A model generated the notes under the pieces. That model ran no database searches and was not told the origin of the DNA. It saw only the letters and a program-made list of their open reading frames with translations. Positions 1-9,784 of a stretch of DNA of 46,305 nt are shown one piece after another; the first letter of the stretch is position 1; each line of letters starts with the position of its first letter. A program made the translations under genes and the position numbers. This DNA comes from a virus (lineage: Duplodnaviria > Caudoviricetes): positions 1-46,305 of IMG/VR virus record IMGVR_UViG_3300020045_000926. One strand, given 5' to 3'.

Positions 1-26
1 TGTTAATAAATGTACCTAAAGAAGAT

Positions 27-305
27 ATGATACTAGATTATCTAAAAGTAACTAGGAAAAATAAAATAGAAGGTGAAGTACTTTATGAACCTGAAAATGG
101 GTTTATGACTTATATACACCAAGGTGTAACCCTAACAATTCCTGATGTATATGGAAATGGTTTGTACTGGTTAAATAAAGCTATAGAACTAGGAAAATCA
201 TTAGGATGTGAAAGACTGTTAGGTGGTACGACTAGAAATGTTAAAGCCTATAATCGTATGTTTGGTACTAAGGTTATAGGCTATATTTTAGAAAAGGAAT
301 TATAA
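27..305 (+). CDS. Small virion-module protein, possibly GNAT-fold (T7 gp13-like position); true start probably spans the window junction (MLINVPKEDMILD...)
   Basis: Base 46305 plus bases 1-2 form an ATG in frame with 27, with AAGG upstream; pattern GNG..W...A..LG...L...T.R......R.FG is GNAT-like; sits ahead of ejection proteins. Confidence 0.5.
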   Translation: MILDYLKVTRKNKIEGEVLYEPENGFMTYIHQGVTLTIPDVYGNGLYWLNKAIELGKSLGCERLLGGTTRNVKAYNRMFGTKVIGYILEKEL

Positions 306-1063
306 TGGGAATAGAAACTGCAATTATAGGTGCTGCAGCTGTTGGAGCTATATCAAGCTCTAAGGCAGCAAGTAGTGCTTCGAAAGCATCTCAAGCTGCT
401 ACTAGCTCAGCAGATGCAGCAGCTCAACTACAGTATCAAGCTAGTTCTGAGCAATTAGCTTTTCAAAAACAACAGTATGATGATTGGGAAGGTATATTTG
501 GTCCTATTCAGAGTAACTTAAGTAATTATTATAAAAACTTGAGTTCTGATACAGTTGCTTCATTAGGCCTACAAAACATTGAGACACAGTATGTCTCTAG
601 TAGACAGAACTTAGATACAGCACTAGCAAAACGTGGTATAACTAATAGTGGAGCTACAGTATCTGGATTAACTCAATTGGAATCAGCAAGAATGCTAGGT
701 AAGGCAGAAGTACAAGCTAATGCTCCTGCACAAACTGCTGCACAACAATTAGGGTTCCTACAAACTGGATTGGGTCAACAATCTAGTTTACAACAAGGTA
801 TTAGTAATTCTTATACTAATCAAATGAATATGTTTGGTCAGCAAGCAACTAGTAACTTAAATCAAGCTAATCAGTACTCTCAACAAGCAGCTGCTGGTTA
901 TGCTGGTATAGGTAGCTCTATAGGTCAAGGTATAAATACTTATATGACTGCTAATGCATACCAAAGCCAAGCAAATTTAAATAATACTATGGCAAATCAA
1001 ATGGGTGGAAATTATACACCTAGTTCAGCTAGTTACGGTGCAACAACTTCTTGGTGGGGTTAA
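305..1063 (+). CDS. Putative ejection/internal virion protein (P22 gp7-like)
   Basis: Ala/Ser/Gln/Gly-rich low-complexity protein with hydrophobic N-terminus (AIIGAAAVGA); podovirus gene context. Confidence 0.55.
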   Translation: MGIETAIIGAAAVGAISSSKAASSASKASQAATSSADAAAQLQYQASSEQLAFQKQQYDDWEGIFGPIQSNLSNYYKNLSSDTVASLGLQNIETQYVSSRQNLDTALAKRGITNSGATVSGLTQLESARMLGKAEVQANAPAQTAAQQLGFLQTGLGQQSSLQQGISNSYTNQMNMFGQQATSNLNQANQYSQQAAAGYAGIGSSIGQGINTYMTANAYQSQANLNNTMANQMGGNYTPSSASYGATTSWWG

Positions 1064-1084
1064 TACAATTTTAAGGAGATTATA

Positions 1085-2596
1085 ATGGCAGGAGAATATG
1101 GAATAGGTCAGGGTATTACACAAGGTTTACAATATGTAAACCAGGGTATGCAAAACTCTGAATCTATCAATACTAATAGGATTAAGGTTCAGCAAGAGGC
1201 TGCTAAATTTAATATGGAAATGTCTAAGGGACAAACTGTGCAGCAAACAGCTGAATTACAGTTACAACAAAGTCAATTACAGTTACAGGAACTTAATAAG
1301 AACTTAGCTAAGAGGGATACTTGGGATGTACTTAGTGGATATGAACAAACTAAAGATGCTAGTATTTTAAATACTATTAAATCTAATCCAATTATGAATG
1401 ACTTATTAACTAGACAAGGTATTACTGGATTTACTAATATTTCTGATATATCAGAGGAAAAACTAACTTCATTAGGAGTTACTCCAGAGTTATTGAATGA
1501 CCCATCTAAAAGAATAGTTATGGCTTCTACTTCTGATGGCTCTATAGTTCCTATGGATTTAATGACTATTTATGCTACTACTGGATTCTTACCTAAATTA
1601 GGGGAAAAGAAATTAGCAGAAATGACTTTAAAACAAAAAGAGGCAGAGGCTAATATATCTACACTTAAATATGAAGATATGACTAAGTACTTGGATGAAA
1701 ACCCTACAGCTACTTTATCTGATTATGTTTCACATATGAAAAATAAAGAAACTGGTGATACAGCTGAAATGAAAAATATTAAGTATCAAGCTAAAACATT
1801 AGGTATTACTGAGGAGGAGTTACTTAAACAGAAAGCAGCTCAGAAAGAATCTAGTGGAACTCCAGCTAGTGTTAAAACAGCTCAGTATAATCAAGGTGTA
1901 GTTAATACACTAAAACAAGAGTCTAAGGTTGATAATCTATATGATGTGGATTATAATAAACTTAGTCCAAATAATAGAACTAGATTTGATGATTTAGTTA
2001 AAGAGGATGCTAAAAATATTAAACCCGAAGAAAGAGATGCTCTATCTACTCTTCAAGCAGCATCTGAAAAACTTAATGTTGAGGATTTAAAAAATACTAC
2101 TGGTATTGTCGATGCAACATTTAATAAATTATTAGATACTTTAGGTATGGACTTACCTGATGAAGAATTAGTTCAATCTGCTAACTATAACTTAATCAAG
2201 AACTCTATTGTTAGAGCATCTATGGGAACACAGGTTACTGGTAATGAGTTAGAAAGAATGACTGCTCAATTAGGTACTGAGTTTAAATCTGATAAAACTG
2301 TTAGAATTAAAATGGCAGAAACACTAGATAACCTAGTTGCTAAGTATGAAGGTTATAAATCTGTAGCTCCAGCATTCTATGCAAGAGTTATGAAAGATAA
2401 AGTAGATAATATGAAAACTGTATCTGATTATTTAAGAAGTCCTGAGAAAGGTAAAGGTTCTGATAAAACTACTAAGATTGAAACTACTAAGTATAAAGTA
2501 GGTCAGATAGTTACTGATGATACAGATAACTCTAAATGGAAATTCTTAGGTGGAGATATGTCTGATAAGAAAAACTGGAAAAAGGTTGAAGAATGA
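1085..2596 (+). CDS. Putative ejection/internal virion protein
   Basis: AAGGAG RBS; Gly/Gln-rich N-terminus, coiled-coil-like body; context. Confidence 0.5.
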   Translation: MAGEYGIGQGITQGLQYVNQGMQNSESINTNRIKVQQEAAKFNMEMSKGQTVQQTAELQLQQSQLQLQELNKNLAKRDTWDVLSGYEQTKDASILNTIKSNPIMNDLLTRQGITGFTNISDISEEKLTSLGVTPELLNDPSKRIVMASTSDGSIVPMDLMTIYATTGFLPKLGEKKLAEMTLKQKEAEANISTLKYEDMTKYLDENPTATLSDYVSHMKNKETGDTAEMKNIKYQAKTLGITEEELLKQKAAQKESSGTPASVKTAQYNQGVVNTLKQESKVDNLYDVDYNKLSPNNRTRFDDLVKEDAKNIKPEERDALSTLQAASEKLNVEDLKNTTGIVDATFNKLLDTLGMDLPDEELVQSANYNLIKNSIVRASMGTQVTGNELERMTAQLGTEFKSDKTVRIKMAETLDNLVAKYEGYKSVAPAFYARVMKDKVDNMKTVSDYLRSPEKGKGSDKTTKIETTKYKVGQIVTDDTDNSKWKFLGGDMSDKKNWKKVEE

Positions 2597-4431
2597 AAAT
2601 AGATATTGATACTCTTAGAGATACCTTTAAGATAGGTTATGAGGCTTATGAGGAATCAAGGGAAGAGGCAATGCTTGTTATGGATTATTTCCATAATAGG
2701 CAGTATACTGACTCTCAACTAGCTACTCTTAGTAGAAGAGGACAACCACCTGAAACTTTCAATATTATTAAACTATTTTGTAGATTACTAATAGGTTATT
2801 ATTCAACTGTTGTAAATACAGTTAGAGTAACTCCACAGCAACAAGATGATATATTTACTGCCTCTATATTAGGTGATTTAGTAGATTATACATTCAGAGT
2901 TAATAACTTTAATGCAGAGGGAGATAAGATTAAGTTTGATGGTATGTTAACTGGTCTTATGTGTGCATATGAGGATGTAATAGATACTGGTAAGAAAGAT
3001 GAGTTTGGTAGACCTAAATTTGAAGTTAAAACTAACCATGTGCCTTCATTGGAAATAGTATTAGACCCTATGTCTAGACTAGAAGATTACTCAGATGCTA
3101 GATTTATACATAGATATAAATGGGTTAGCTCAGAGGCAGCTATAAAACAGTTTGGTAAAGCTAAGGTTGAAGAATTAGATTCTTACCATAATCATCTAAA
3201 TATTGATGAGGCTGAGTTCTCTTATACATATAATACACAGTTCCATGGAAACTACAAGGTGTTTGATAACTATTTAATAGTACATACAATTATTGAAGAT
3301 GAACAAGGTAAAACTTGGTCAATATTCTGGTCAGGTACAACTATATTAGATAAGAAAGAAATAACTTATAAAGAAGTTAAATTCCCTTATAGAGTACATA
3401 GAGTACACACTAGTAATAGAACTGAATACTATGGAATCTTTAGAGAAGTTATGGCTTCACAAGATGCTATTAACCAAGCTTTAATTAAGATTCAGTTGAT
3501 GGTTAATACACAGAAAGCATTTGTTCAAACTGGTGCAGTTGAAGACTTAAATGACTTTATAGATAAGTTTAATAGAGTTAATGCAGTTATTCCAGTTACT
3601 GACCTTAGTGGTATTAAAGTAGAGAACTTAACTAGAGAGGTTTTAGACCAATATACTGTTATAGATAAAGCTTTAGATAGGATACAAAGAATACTATCTA
3701 TTAACGACTCTTTCTTAGGTATGGCATATGCATCTGATTCTGGTTCTAAAGTTAAGTTACAACAAAATGCTGCTATGGTAGGATTAAGATATTTAACTAG
3801 TAGAATTGAACAGTTTTATAGGCTATTAGGATGGGATATAGTTAATCTAATTAAACAGTATTATACTGCTCACGATGTAATAAGAGTGGCTGATGAATAT
3901 GAAGGTAATAAATGGTTAGAGATAAATAAACCAGCCTTAGTACCAGTTATGGATAGTATGGGAAATCCTTCAATAGATAGAAATACTGGAATGCCTTTAA
4001 TGAGGCCAGTGTATGAAGAAGTATTAAATCCAGCTGATAATAAACCATTAGTAGATGAATATGGTAATAGAGTTATGGCTCCTATACCTACTAAAGATAG
4101 TGAGATAGCATTTACACAAGCTGATATAGATATATCATCTGTTTCATACAATGATGAGGATGAAAAAACTCAAGTAGTACTAGAACAATTCATTAATGGA
4201 CCTCTAGGAAATATGTTAAGTCAGGTAGACCCAGTAGGGTACTTTACAGCTGGTTCACTAGCTATTAAAAATACTAAGACTAAATATAGTCCAGAGTTAA
4301 GTAGAATATTAGAAGCTGCAGCTGCTAAATTAGGTGGTAATCCTCAAGCACAGCAACAAATGATGAATGGACAAGTAGGTGGACAAATGTCCCAATCACA
4401 AGCTATTAACCAACAAAGTGGGAGAGCATAA
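2593..4431 (+). CDS. Portal protein (P22-like)
   Basis: 612 aa; DYFHNRQY...RGQPP.TFN.IK, DPMSR..DYSDARF..R.KW and Q...N motifs typical of P22-type portals; Gln-rich C-terminus. Confidence 0.85.
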   Translation: MKIDIDTLRDTFKIGYEAYEESREEAMLVMDYFHNRQYTDSQLATLSRRGQPPETFNIIKLFCRLLIGYYSTVVNTVRVTPQQQDDIFTASILGDLVDYTFRVNNFNAEGDKIKFDGMLTGLMCAYEDVIDTGKKDEFGRPKFEVKTNHVPSLEIVLDPMSRLEDYSDARFIHRYKWVSSEAAIKQFGKAKVEELDSYHNHLNIDEAEFSYTYNTQFHGNYKVFDNYLIVHTIIEDEQGKTWSIFWSGTTILDKKEITYKEVKFPYRVHRVHTSNRTEYYGIFREVMASQDAINQALIKIQLMVNTQKAFVQTGAVEDLNDFIDKFNRVNAVIPVTDLSGIKVENLTREVLDQYTVIDKALDRIQRILSINDSFLGMAYASDSGSKVKLQQNAAMVGLRYLTSRIEQFYRLLGWDIVNLIKQYYTAHDVIRVADEYEGNKWLEINKPALVPVMDSMGNPSIDRNTGMPLMRPVYEEVLNPADNKPLVDEYGNRVMAPIPTKDSEIAFTQADIDISSVSYNDEDEKTQVVLEQFINGPLGNMLSQVDPVGYFTAGSLAIKNTKTKYSPELSRILEAAAAKLGGNPQAQQQMMNGQVGGQMSQSQAINQQSGRA

Positions 4432-7208
4432 TGAAACCTTGGGAAATAAACTCTGAGAAAGATACAGATGTATCTTCTCCAGAGCAATTAAGTGGAAGAC
4501 CTTGGGAAAGTATAAAAGATACTACAAAGGTAAAAGAGCCTACATCAGGACTAGGGGATATGAGTTCTATGTCTTTAGTAGGAGCACTTAAAGGAGAAAC
4601 TCAAAAAGAGACTCCCTTTACTATACCTACTGATACACCAGAACCTATTATGAATTTATCTGAGCAAAGAAATATCCAAGGTAGTCTTAATCAAGAAGAT
4701 ATAGATGTTATGGAACAAAAGAGAAAAGCTGATGAAGCTAGAGCCAACACTGAAGCACTATATAATAGATATTCAACTCTAGGAAACAGTTTAATTAGTT
4801 TTGCAAGTCCTGAAGCTAGAATTAAAGTAGAAGAGGGAAATAAATTAGTTAGAGATAAAGTCCTAGAAGAAATAAGAGCCCAAGGAATACCTGTAGACTA
4901 TAGGGATGGTAAGATATTTACAGTTGATAATGATGGTAAAGAGATAGAGGTAGAAGATGTTAGTTTACTAAAATCACTTAATAAATCTAAATTTGAGATG
5001 TTTGGAGCTATAACAGCAGGAGCTGTAGCAGGAATGCAAACTGGTAGTAGGATGCCAACTCTTCCTGGTAAAATAATAGGTACTGTAGGTGGTGGATTAA
5101 TTGGAAGTGCTGCTGGTGCTTACTCAGGAGCTGCATTAGATGGTATGTTAGCTAAACTACAGATGGCATCTAAAGTAGATGATAGTGTTATATATGACAA
5201 GATGAAAGATGCTGGTGTTGCTGACTTAGTTATGGGGCCAGTAGGATTAGGCATAGGAAAAGCTGTTGTAGGAGCTGGTAAGTTAACTTCTAATATATTT
5301 GATTTTGTATATAATAAGAATCAAGCTGGTGCAGTAGATGCTATGTTAAAACATATGGGTGTTGATGAAGTAGAGGCTAAACAAAGAGTACAAGATTTAG
5401 AGAACTTAATAGGACCTTTAAGAGGTATGAATGATAAAGAAAAAATTATTTATGCTTTAACTCAAACTCAGAGAGGTGGAGAGGCAGTAGCAAAAGCTGC
5501 AGTTGATTTAGACCCTTTGGCATCTACTAGGTTGGCAAATCAAGTTTCTAAAAGGGCAGAAGATACTTTAAACCTTGCAGAGGATTTATCAACGGATAAT
5601 AACCAATATATCTTTAGACAATCTATGGATAGTTATACTAATGATGTTAAGGCTAATTATAGATTAGTTAAAGATTCTTCTACTGAATTTACTGAAAATT
5701 ATAGATTTAACTTGGATGATTTAAACCTAAATGATACTATTGATAATATAGAAAATAGTATAGCTAACCCATTCACTAAACAGAAATTTAGTGATATATC
5801 TAAAGTTATTAAAGACTCCTATGAAGGTAGTACATTTGAAGACTTAATAGACTTAAGGCAAGCTATAAATGATGTAAAGTTTAATGGGCCTAAGTTGAAG
5901 AAAGAAGACTCAGTAGCTATTGAAAATATAATGGCAAGAGTTAATAAAGAGATAGAAGATGCTGCTAAAACACATATACCTAATTCAGATGTATGGCTTA
6001 ATAAATGGTCACAATCTTTAGAAGAATATACTAAGATGAAACAAGTAATGGGTAATGTTATGTATAAAGCATTAACTAAACCTGGTATTAGTGAAGATGC
6101 AGTAGTTAATGTATTTAGTAAGTATATTAAAGCAGGTGATAATACATTCTTTGATGTTATGAGTAAGTTACCACCTAAGGTACAAAATAGAGTCGAAGGT
6201 TCAGTGCTAAATAAATTAGTTAATCAGTATGCAGATGGTATTGAAGGAAGTAGAAGAGTTATACACTTTCCTGGGTTATCAGAAGAACTTAAAAAAGTTT
6301 CTTGGCAATCACCAGAATCTAAACAATTAGTTAGAACTATTAACAGAATGGCTGATGTATTTAAAAATGATGTACACTTAGCTGCAGTATCTGGTAAGAT
6401 ACAATTACCAAGGTTTCAAAGTTACTTAACAGCTGATCCAGTTATAAGACTAAAGATGGAAACTGCATCACATTTCTTTAATGCAGTTAAGCAATATATG
6501 CCTACTCAAAGTGCTGATACTTTAGCTATGGCTAATCACTTAGGTAGATTATTAGAGAACCCTATTAGTAATAAAGATGTTAAAGACCTATTAGGTAGAA
6601 TTCCTATGGAACGTAGACAATTTAGAAGTAAGTTATCAGAAACTACTATGAATGACTTGAATGAGTTAAGACAAGCATATGTAGCTAGAAAAATAGCTAC
6701 GGAGCAAATGTTCAAGAAAGATATTCCTCCTAGATTAGTATGGAGTGCCGATCCTGATAAGTTAGCTAAGCTACAAAACCCAGATGCTAGAATACTTCCT
6801 ACAGTAGATGAAGTATTAAAAGTAAGTTCTAAAGGTAATGTGGGAAAGTCTATGGATGAAATATGGGACTATGAATCTCAACAAATATTAAATACTAGAG
6901 CTAGTGATTTAATTACAGAGTTTATTTGGAAAAATTCAGATAAGAATAGTTCTATTATTACTGAGCAAGCTATTAAATATATGGATGAGTCTAGGTATAC
7001 AGGTATTATGAAAAATGTATCTTCTAAACTTAGTAAGGAAGATTTTGAGTATAACGCTAAAGTTGTTGCTAATAGTATTAAATCAGAGGCTGGAATACTT
7101 ATTAAAAGAATACAAAAAGACTTTGGTCTTATTCTTCCTAGGGATGAAGCTGAGAAATTAGTAACTTTAAAATTTAAAGAAATTATGGAGTCTTGTAATG
7201 GCAAATAA
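4431..7208 (+). CDS. Large internal virion / DNA-ejection protein
   Basis: 925 aa; Gly/Ala-rich hydrophobic segments (~aa 190-285) followed by a long helical region; next to the virion lysozyme. Confidence 0.55.
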   Translation: MKPWEINSEKDTDVSSPEQLSGRPWESIKDTTKVKEPTSGLGDMSSMSLVGALKGETQKETPFTIPTDTPEPIMNLSEQRNIQGSLNQEDIDVMEQKRKADEARANTEALYNRYSTLGNSLISFASPEARIKVEEGNKLVRDKVLEEIRAQGIPVDYRDGKIFTVDNDGKEIEVEDVSLLKSLNKSKFEMFGAITAGAVAGMQTGSRMPTLPGKIIGTVGGGLIGSAAGAYSGAALDGMLAKLQMASKVDDSVIYDKMKDAGVADLVMGPVGLGIGKAVVGAGKLTSNIFDFVYNKNQAGAVDAMLKHMGVDEVEAKQRVQDLENLIGPLRGMNDKEKIIYALTQTQRGGEAVAKAAVDLDPLASTRLANQVSKRAEDTLNLAEDLSTDNNQYIFRQSMDSYTNDVKANYRLVKDSSTEFTENYRFNLDDLNLNDTIDNIENSIANPFTKQKFSDISKVIKDSYEGSTFEDLIDLRQAINDVKFNGPKLKKEDSVAIENIMARVNKEIEDAAKTHIPNSDVWLNKWSQSLEEYTKMKQVMGNVMYKALTKPGISEDAVVNVFSKYIKAGDNTFFDVMSKLPPKVQNRVEGSVLNKLVNQYADGIEGSRRVIHFPGLSEELKKVSWQSPESKQLVRTINRMADVFKNDVHLAAVSGKIQLPRFQSYLTADPVIRLKMETASHFFNAVKQYMPTQSADTLAMANHLGRLLENPISNKDVKDLLGRIPMERRQFRSKLSETTMNDLNELRQAYVARKIATEQMFKKDIPPRLVWSADPDKLAKLQNPDARILPTVDEVLKVSSKGNVGKSMDEIWDYESQQILNTRASDLITEFIWKNSDKNSSIITEQAIKYMDESRYTGIMKNVSSKLSKEDFEYNAKVVANSIKSEAGILIKRIQKDFGLILPRDEAEKLVTLKFKEIMESCNGK

Positions 7209-7929
7209 CTGCAGTAAACTAATGAAAGATGCTATTGACAAGTTCATTAGCAGTAAAGGAGTTAATAATGAAATTTCTACTACAATGGCTTCTAGTATCG
7301 GTCTAGGTGGAGCTATATCTCAATCAGAGGCTAATACTATGGCTACTGAGAAGGATATAGCACCTAAGCAAAGACAAATAGAAACTGATAAAGTACAAAA
7401 ACCTATATTGGATAGTAAATTTGATTTTGCTAGTATTATGGATAATGCTCCAGAGCAAGTAAATCCTAGTAATTATAAATCTAGTAATAGTGGTATTAAG
7501 GACTACATAGCTAAGATAGAGTCTAGGGGTTCATTAAATCCTTATACAGCTAAAAACCCTAATTCTAGTGCCAAAGGCAAATATCAATTTACTGATATAA
7601 TGGCAGAACACTTAAGGAAAGAAATAGGAGTTACTAAGGAAGACTTAAAGAATCCTAAGATACAAGAAAAAGCTATGGATTATCTTATAGGAGAATATAA
7701 GGAAAAGTTAGATACTTGGAAATTACCAGTAACTAAGGAGAATATGTTTGTATTACATAACTTAGGTATGGAAGGTGGATTAAGGGCATTGAGAGGTACT
7801 TATACTCCTGGAGATATAAGAAATATGGCTAAGAACTTGATGGATAATATGGATAAGTCTAGTAGAAACTCAGTACTTAATAATTATGCTACAATGTATA
7901 ATGTAGTTATACCAACAAAAAGAAGTTAG
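7198..7929 (+). CDS. Virion-associated lysozyme-like / lytic transglycosylase protein
   Basis: IAKIES.G...AKN..SSAKGKYQF and HN.G motifs of the lysozyme-like superfamily (catalytic Glu in ES). Confidence 0.75.
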   Translation: MANNCSKLMKDAIDKFISSKGVNNEISTTMASSIGLGGAISQSEANTMATEKDIAPKQRQIETDKVQKPILDSKFDFASIMDNAPEQVNPSNYKSSNSGIKDYIAKIESRGSLNPYTAKNPNSSAKGKYQFTDIMAEHLRKEIGVTKEDLKNPKIQEKAMDYLIGEYKEKLDTWKLPVTKENMFVLHNLGMEGGLRALRGTYTPGDIRNMAKNLMDNMDKSSRNSVLNNYATMYNVVIPTKRS

Positions 7930-7930
7930 G

Positions 7931-7975
7931 ATGGCTTGTTCAACTAAGAAACCTAAACCACCAAAGAAGAAATAA
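7931..7975 (+). CDS. Possible 14-aa basic mini-protein MACSTKKPKPPKKK
   Basis: ATG one base after the upstream stop, ends before the terminator hairpin; below the ORF-track cutoff. Confidence 0.25.
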   Translation: MACSTKKPKPPKKK

Positions 7976-7999
7976 CCTTAAAATAAATCTTCTATAAAT

Positions 8000-8031
8000 G
8001 ATTATATCATCTTAATAAAGATGATATAATC
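8000..8031. terminator. Perfect 14-bp hairpin between the convergent arms (bidirectional terminator or operator)
   Basis: GATTATATCATCTT-AATA-AAGATGATATAATC. Confidence 0.6.
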
Positions 8032-8080
8032 TATCTTAAAATCTCTTCAAATTATCAATTCTTTCTATCATAGAATTGAT

Positions 8081-9265
8081 TTATATATCTTCCCTATTGA
8101 AATATTTATCTATAAAATTTGTTTTATTAACTGCAACTGTTTGATATACTTGTTCACTGATAGCTCCTTTAACGAGTAGGTAATGAACATTAATCTCAGT
8201 GGCTCTTCGCATATTAGCCTGTCTAGCTCTTCTCTGTGAATATCTAGCTGTTGAGAAATCCATGGAGTAGACAACCAAGGATTCATACATTGATAAATCA
8301 ACCCCTTCTGCAAATGAAGTGGCTTGTAAGATTCTTGCAAAGTTAAAATGAGCATTAAGGAGTCGTTCTTCTTGTTTATAGTGGTAGAAGATGACAAGGT
8401 CTTTTGTATCTCCAAAAGTCTTTTTGATGTATTCGACCTTTGAAATGTCTCCTGTATTACTTGACTTATCTTCATCTATTTTTAATGTTCCTCCCTCTAA
8501 TTGATGTAACCCTACTAATAGTTTCATTGCACTATCAGCTATATAATCTAAAGAGCTTATAACACTCTTCTTATTTAATTCATTATACATATCTTTAGTT
8601 TCTTTACTGAGTTCCACATAATGTATAACATCGTTAGGCTCATGTTTAAACCCTAACTCAGACCTAGTATAACTAATAAATAAGTGTTTTACATCTTTCC
8701 AAACCATATCTGTATGTACTTCATTATATTGTTTAATCTGTCTACCAGCTAAGAATATAATTTTTAGTATTCCATACTTATTAAACCAATCATAAAAGTT
8801 CTTATACTTAGCCCAAGGACTCCAAGAAGATAATTTAAGCTGGTGGAATAATTGTGCATATGTTTGAGCACTAGGAGTAGCAGATAAATAGATAATAGGT
8901 TTACCCTTAGTATGTTTATATACTGTCTTCCATATAGCACCTAATTTAGGATAAGATGATAAGTTAGCGTGTGCTTCATCTATTAGTATTAAATCAAAAA
9001 CACCTAATACTTTATGTAAAGACTCATAATTAATAACTGTATATTTCTTAGTATATTTAAAGTTACTTAGTGTCTCTTCCCATCCAGGTATTGCTTTCTT
9101 CTTAGTTATAACTAGTATATTAATTGCTTTTGATTTTTCACATACTAATATTGATGTTAATGTTTTTCCAGTTCTTTCTTCCATAGATAAATATACTATT
9201 GCATTATCTTGAAGAATTTGATAGGCTTTATCAGCTATCTCTATTTGATGATTAAATGGAGTCAT
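8081..9265 (-). CDS. SF2 (SNF2-like) DNA helicase
   Basis: RTGKT Walker A, IDEAH Walker B, LSATP motif III, EGVDL and Q...R motifs V/VI. Confidence 0.85.
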   Translation of the reverse strand: MTPFNHQIEIADKAYQILQDNAIVYLSMEERTGKTLTSILVCEKSKAINILVITKKKAIPGWEETLSNFKYTKKYTVINYESLHKVLGVFDLILIDEAHANLSSYPKLGAIWKTVYKHTKGKPIIYLSATPSAQTYAQLFHQLKLSSWSPWAKYKNFYDWFNKYGILKIIFLAGRQIKQYNEVHTDMVWKDVKHLFISYTRSELGFKHEPNDVIHYVELSKETKDMYNELNKKSVISSLDYIADSAMKLLVGLHQLEGGTLKIDEDKSSNTGDISKVEYIKKTFGDTKDLVIFYHYKQEERLLNAHFNFARILQATSFAEGVDLSMYESLVVYSMDFSTARYSQRRARQANMRRATEINVHYLLVKGAISEQVYQTVAVNKTNFIDKYFNREDI

Positions 9266-9507
9266 ATTATATATCCTACTTGTATAGTTTCTACTTCTGT
9301 AGATACTATAATATTTAAGCCTAGTATAGTCTTATTGTTAATACTATATATACAATCCATCATAATCCCACCATACTCTTTATCTAGAGTATACATTATT
9401 TCTACATATTCTTTACGTGGGATTAATGCACTAGTAGGTTTTACTCCTGCCCTATATAAATCTATTTTCTTTCCCACTATAATATTCATTATTTCATTAG
9501 CTTCCAT
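9262..9507 (-). CDS. Hypothetical protein
   Basis: Overlaps both neighbours in the operon; AAGGA RBS. Confidence 0.6.
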   Translation of the reverse strand: MEANEIMNIIVGKKIDLYRAGVKPTSALIPRKEYVEIMYTLDKEYGGIMMDCIYSINNKTILGLNIIVSTEVETIQVGYII

Positions 9508-9784
9508 CTATATCCTTTATAAAGTCTTTAACCATTTCTAAGTCCCAAGCAACTAGTGAATATCCTCCACTGTCCTTAATAAGTTCTAAGTTATACTTTT
9601 GGAGTTCAGATACATTATTCTTAGTTTCAGGAGTCTTAACCTCTACGCCTATAAAAATACCTTTATAGCATACTATAATATCAGGTATACCAGCCTTAGT
9701 GGCTGATACTACCTTTACTGTATAGCAATCTATTGACTTTAAGTATTTTAAAATTTTACTTTGTACATTAGATTCTTTACCCAT
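9497..9784 (-). CDS. VRR-NUC / PD-(D/E)xK nuclease (Holliday junction resolvase-like)
   Basis: E..VQ, GIPD, EVK and SELQ motifs; next to the SF2 helicase. Confidence 0.85.
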   Translation of the reverse strand: MGKESNVQSKILKYLKSIDCYTVKVVSATKAGIPDIIVCYKGIFIGVEVKTPETKNNVSELQKYNLELIKDSGGYSLVAWDLEMVKDFIKDIDGS

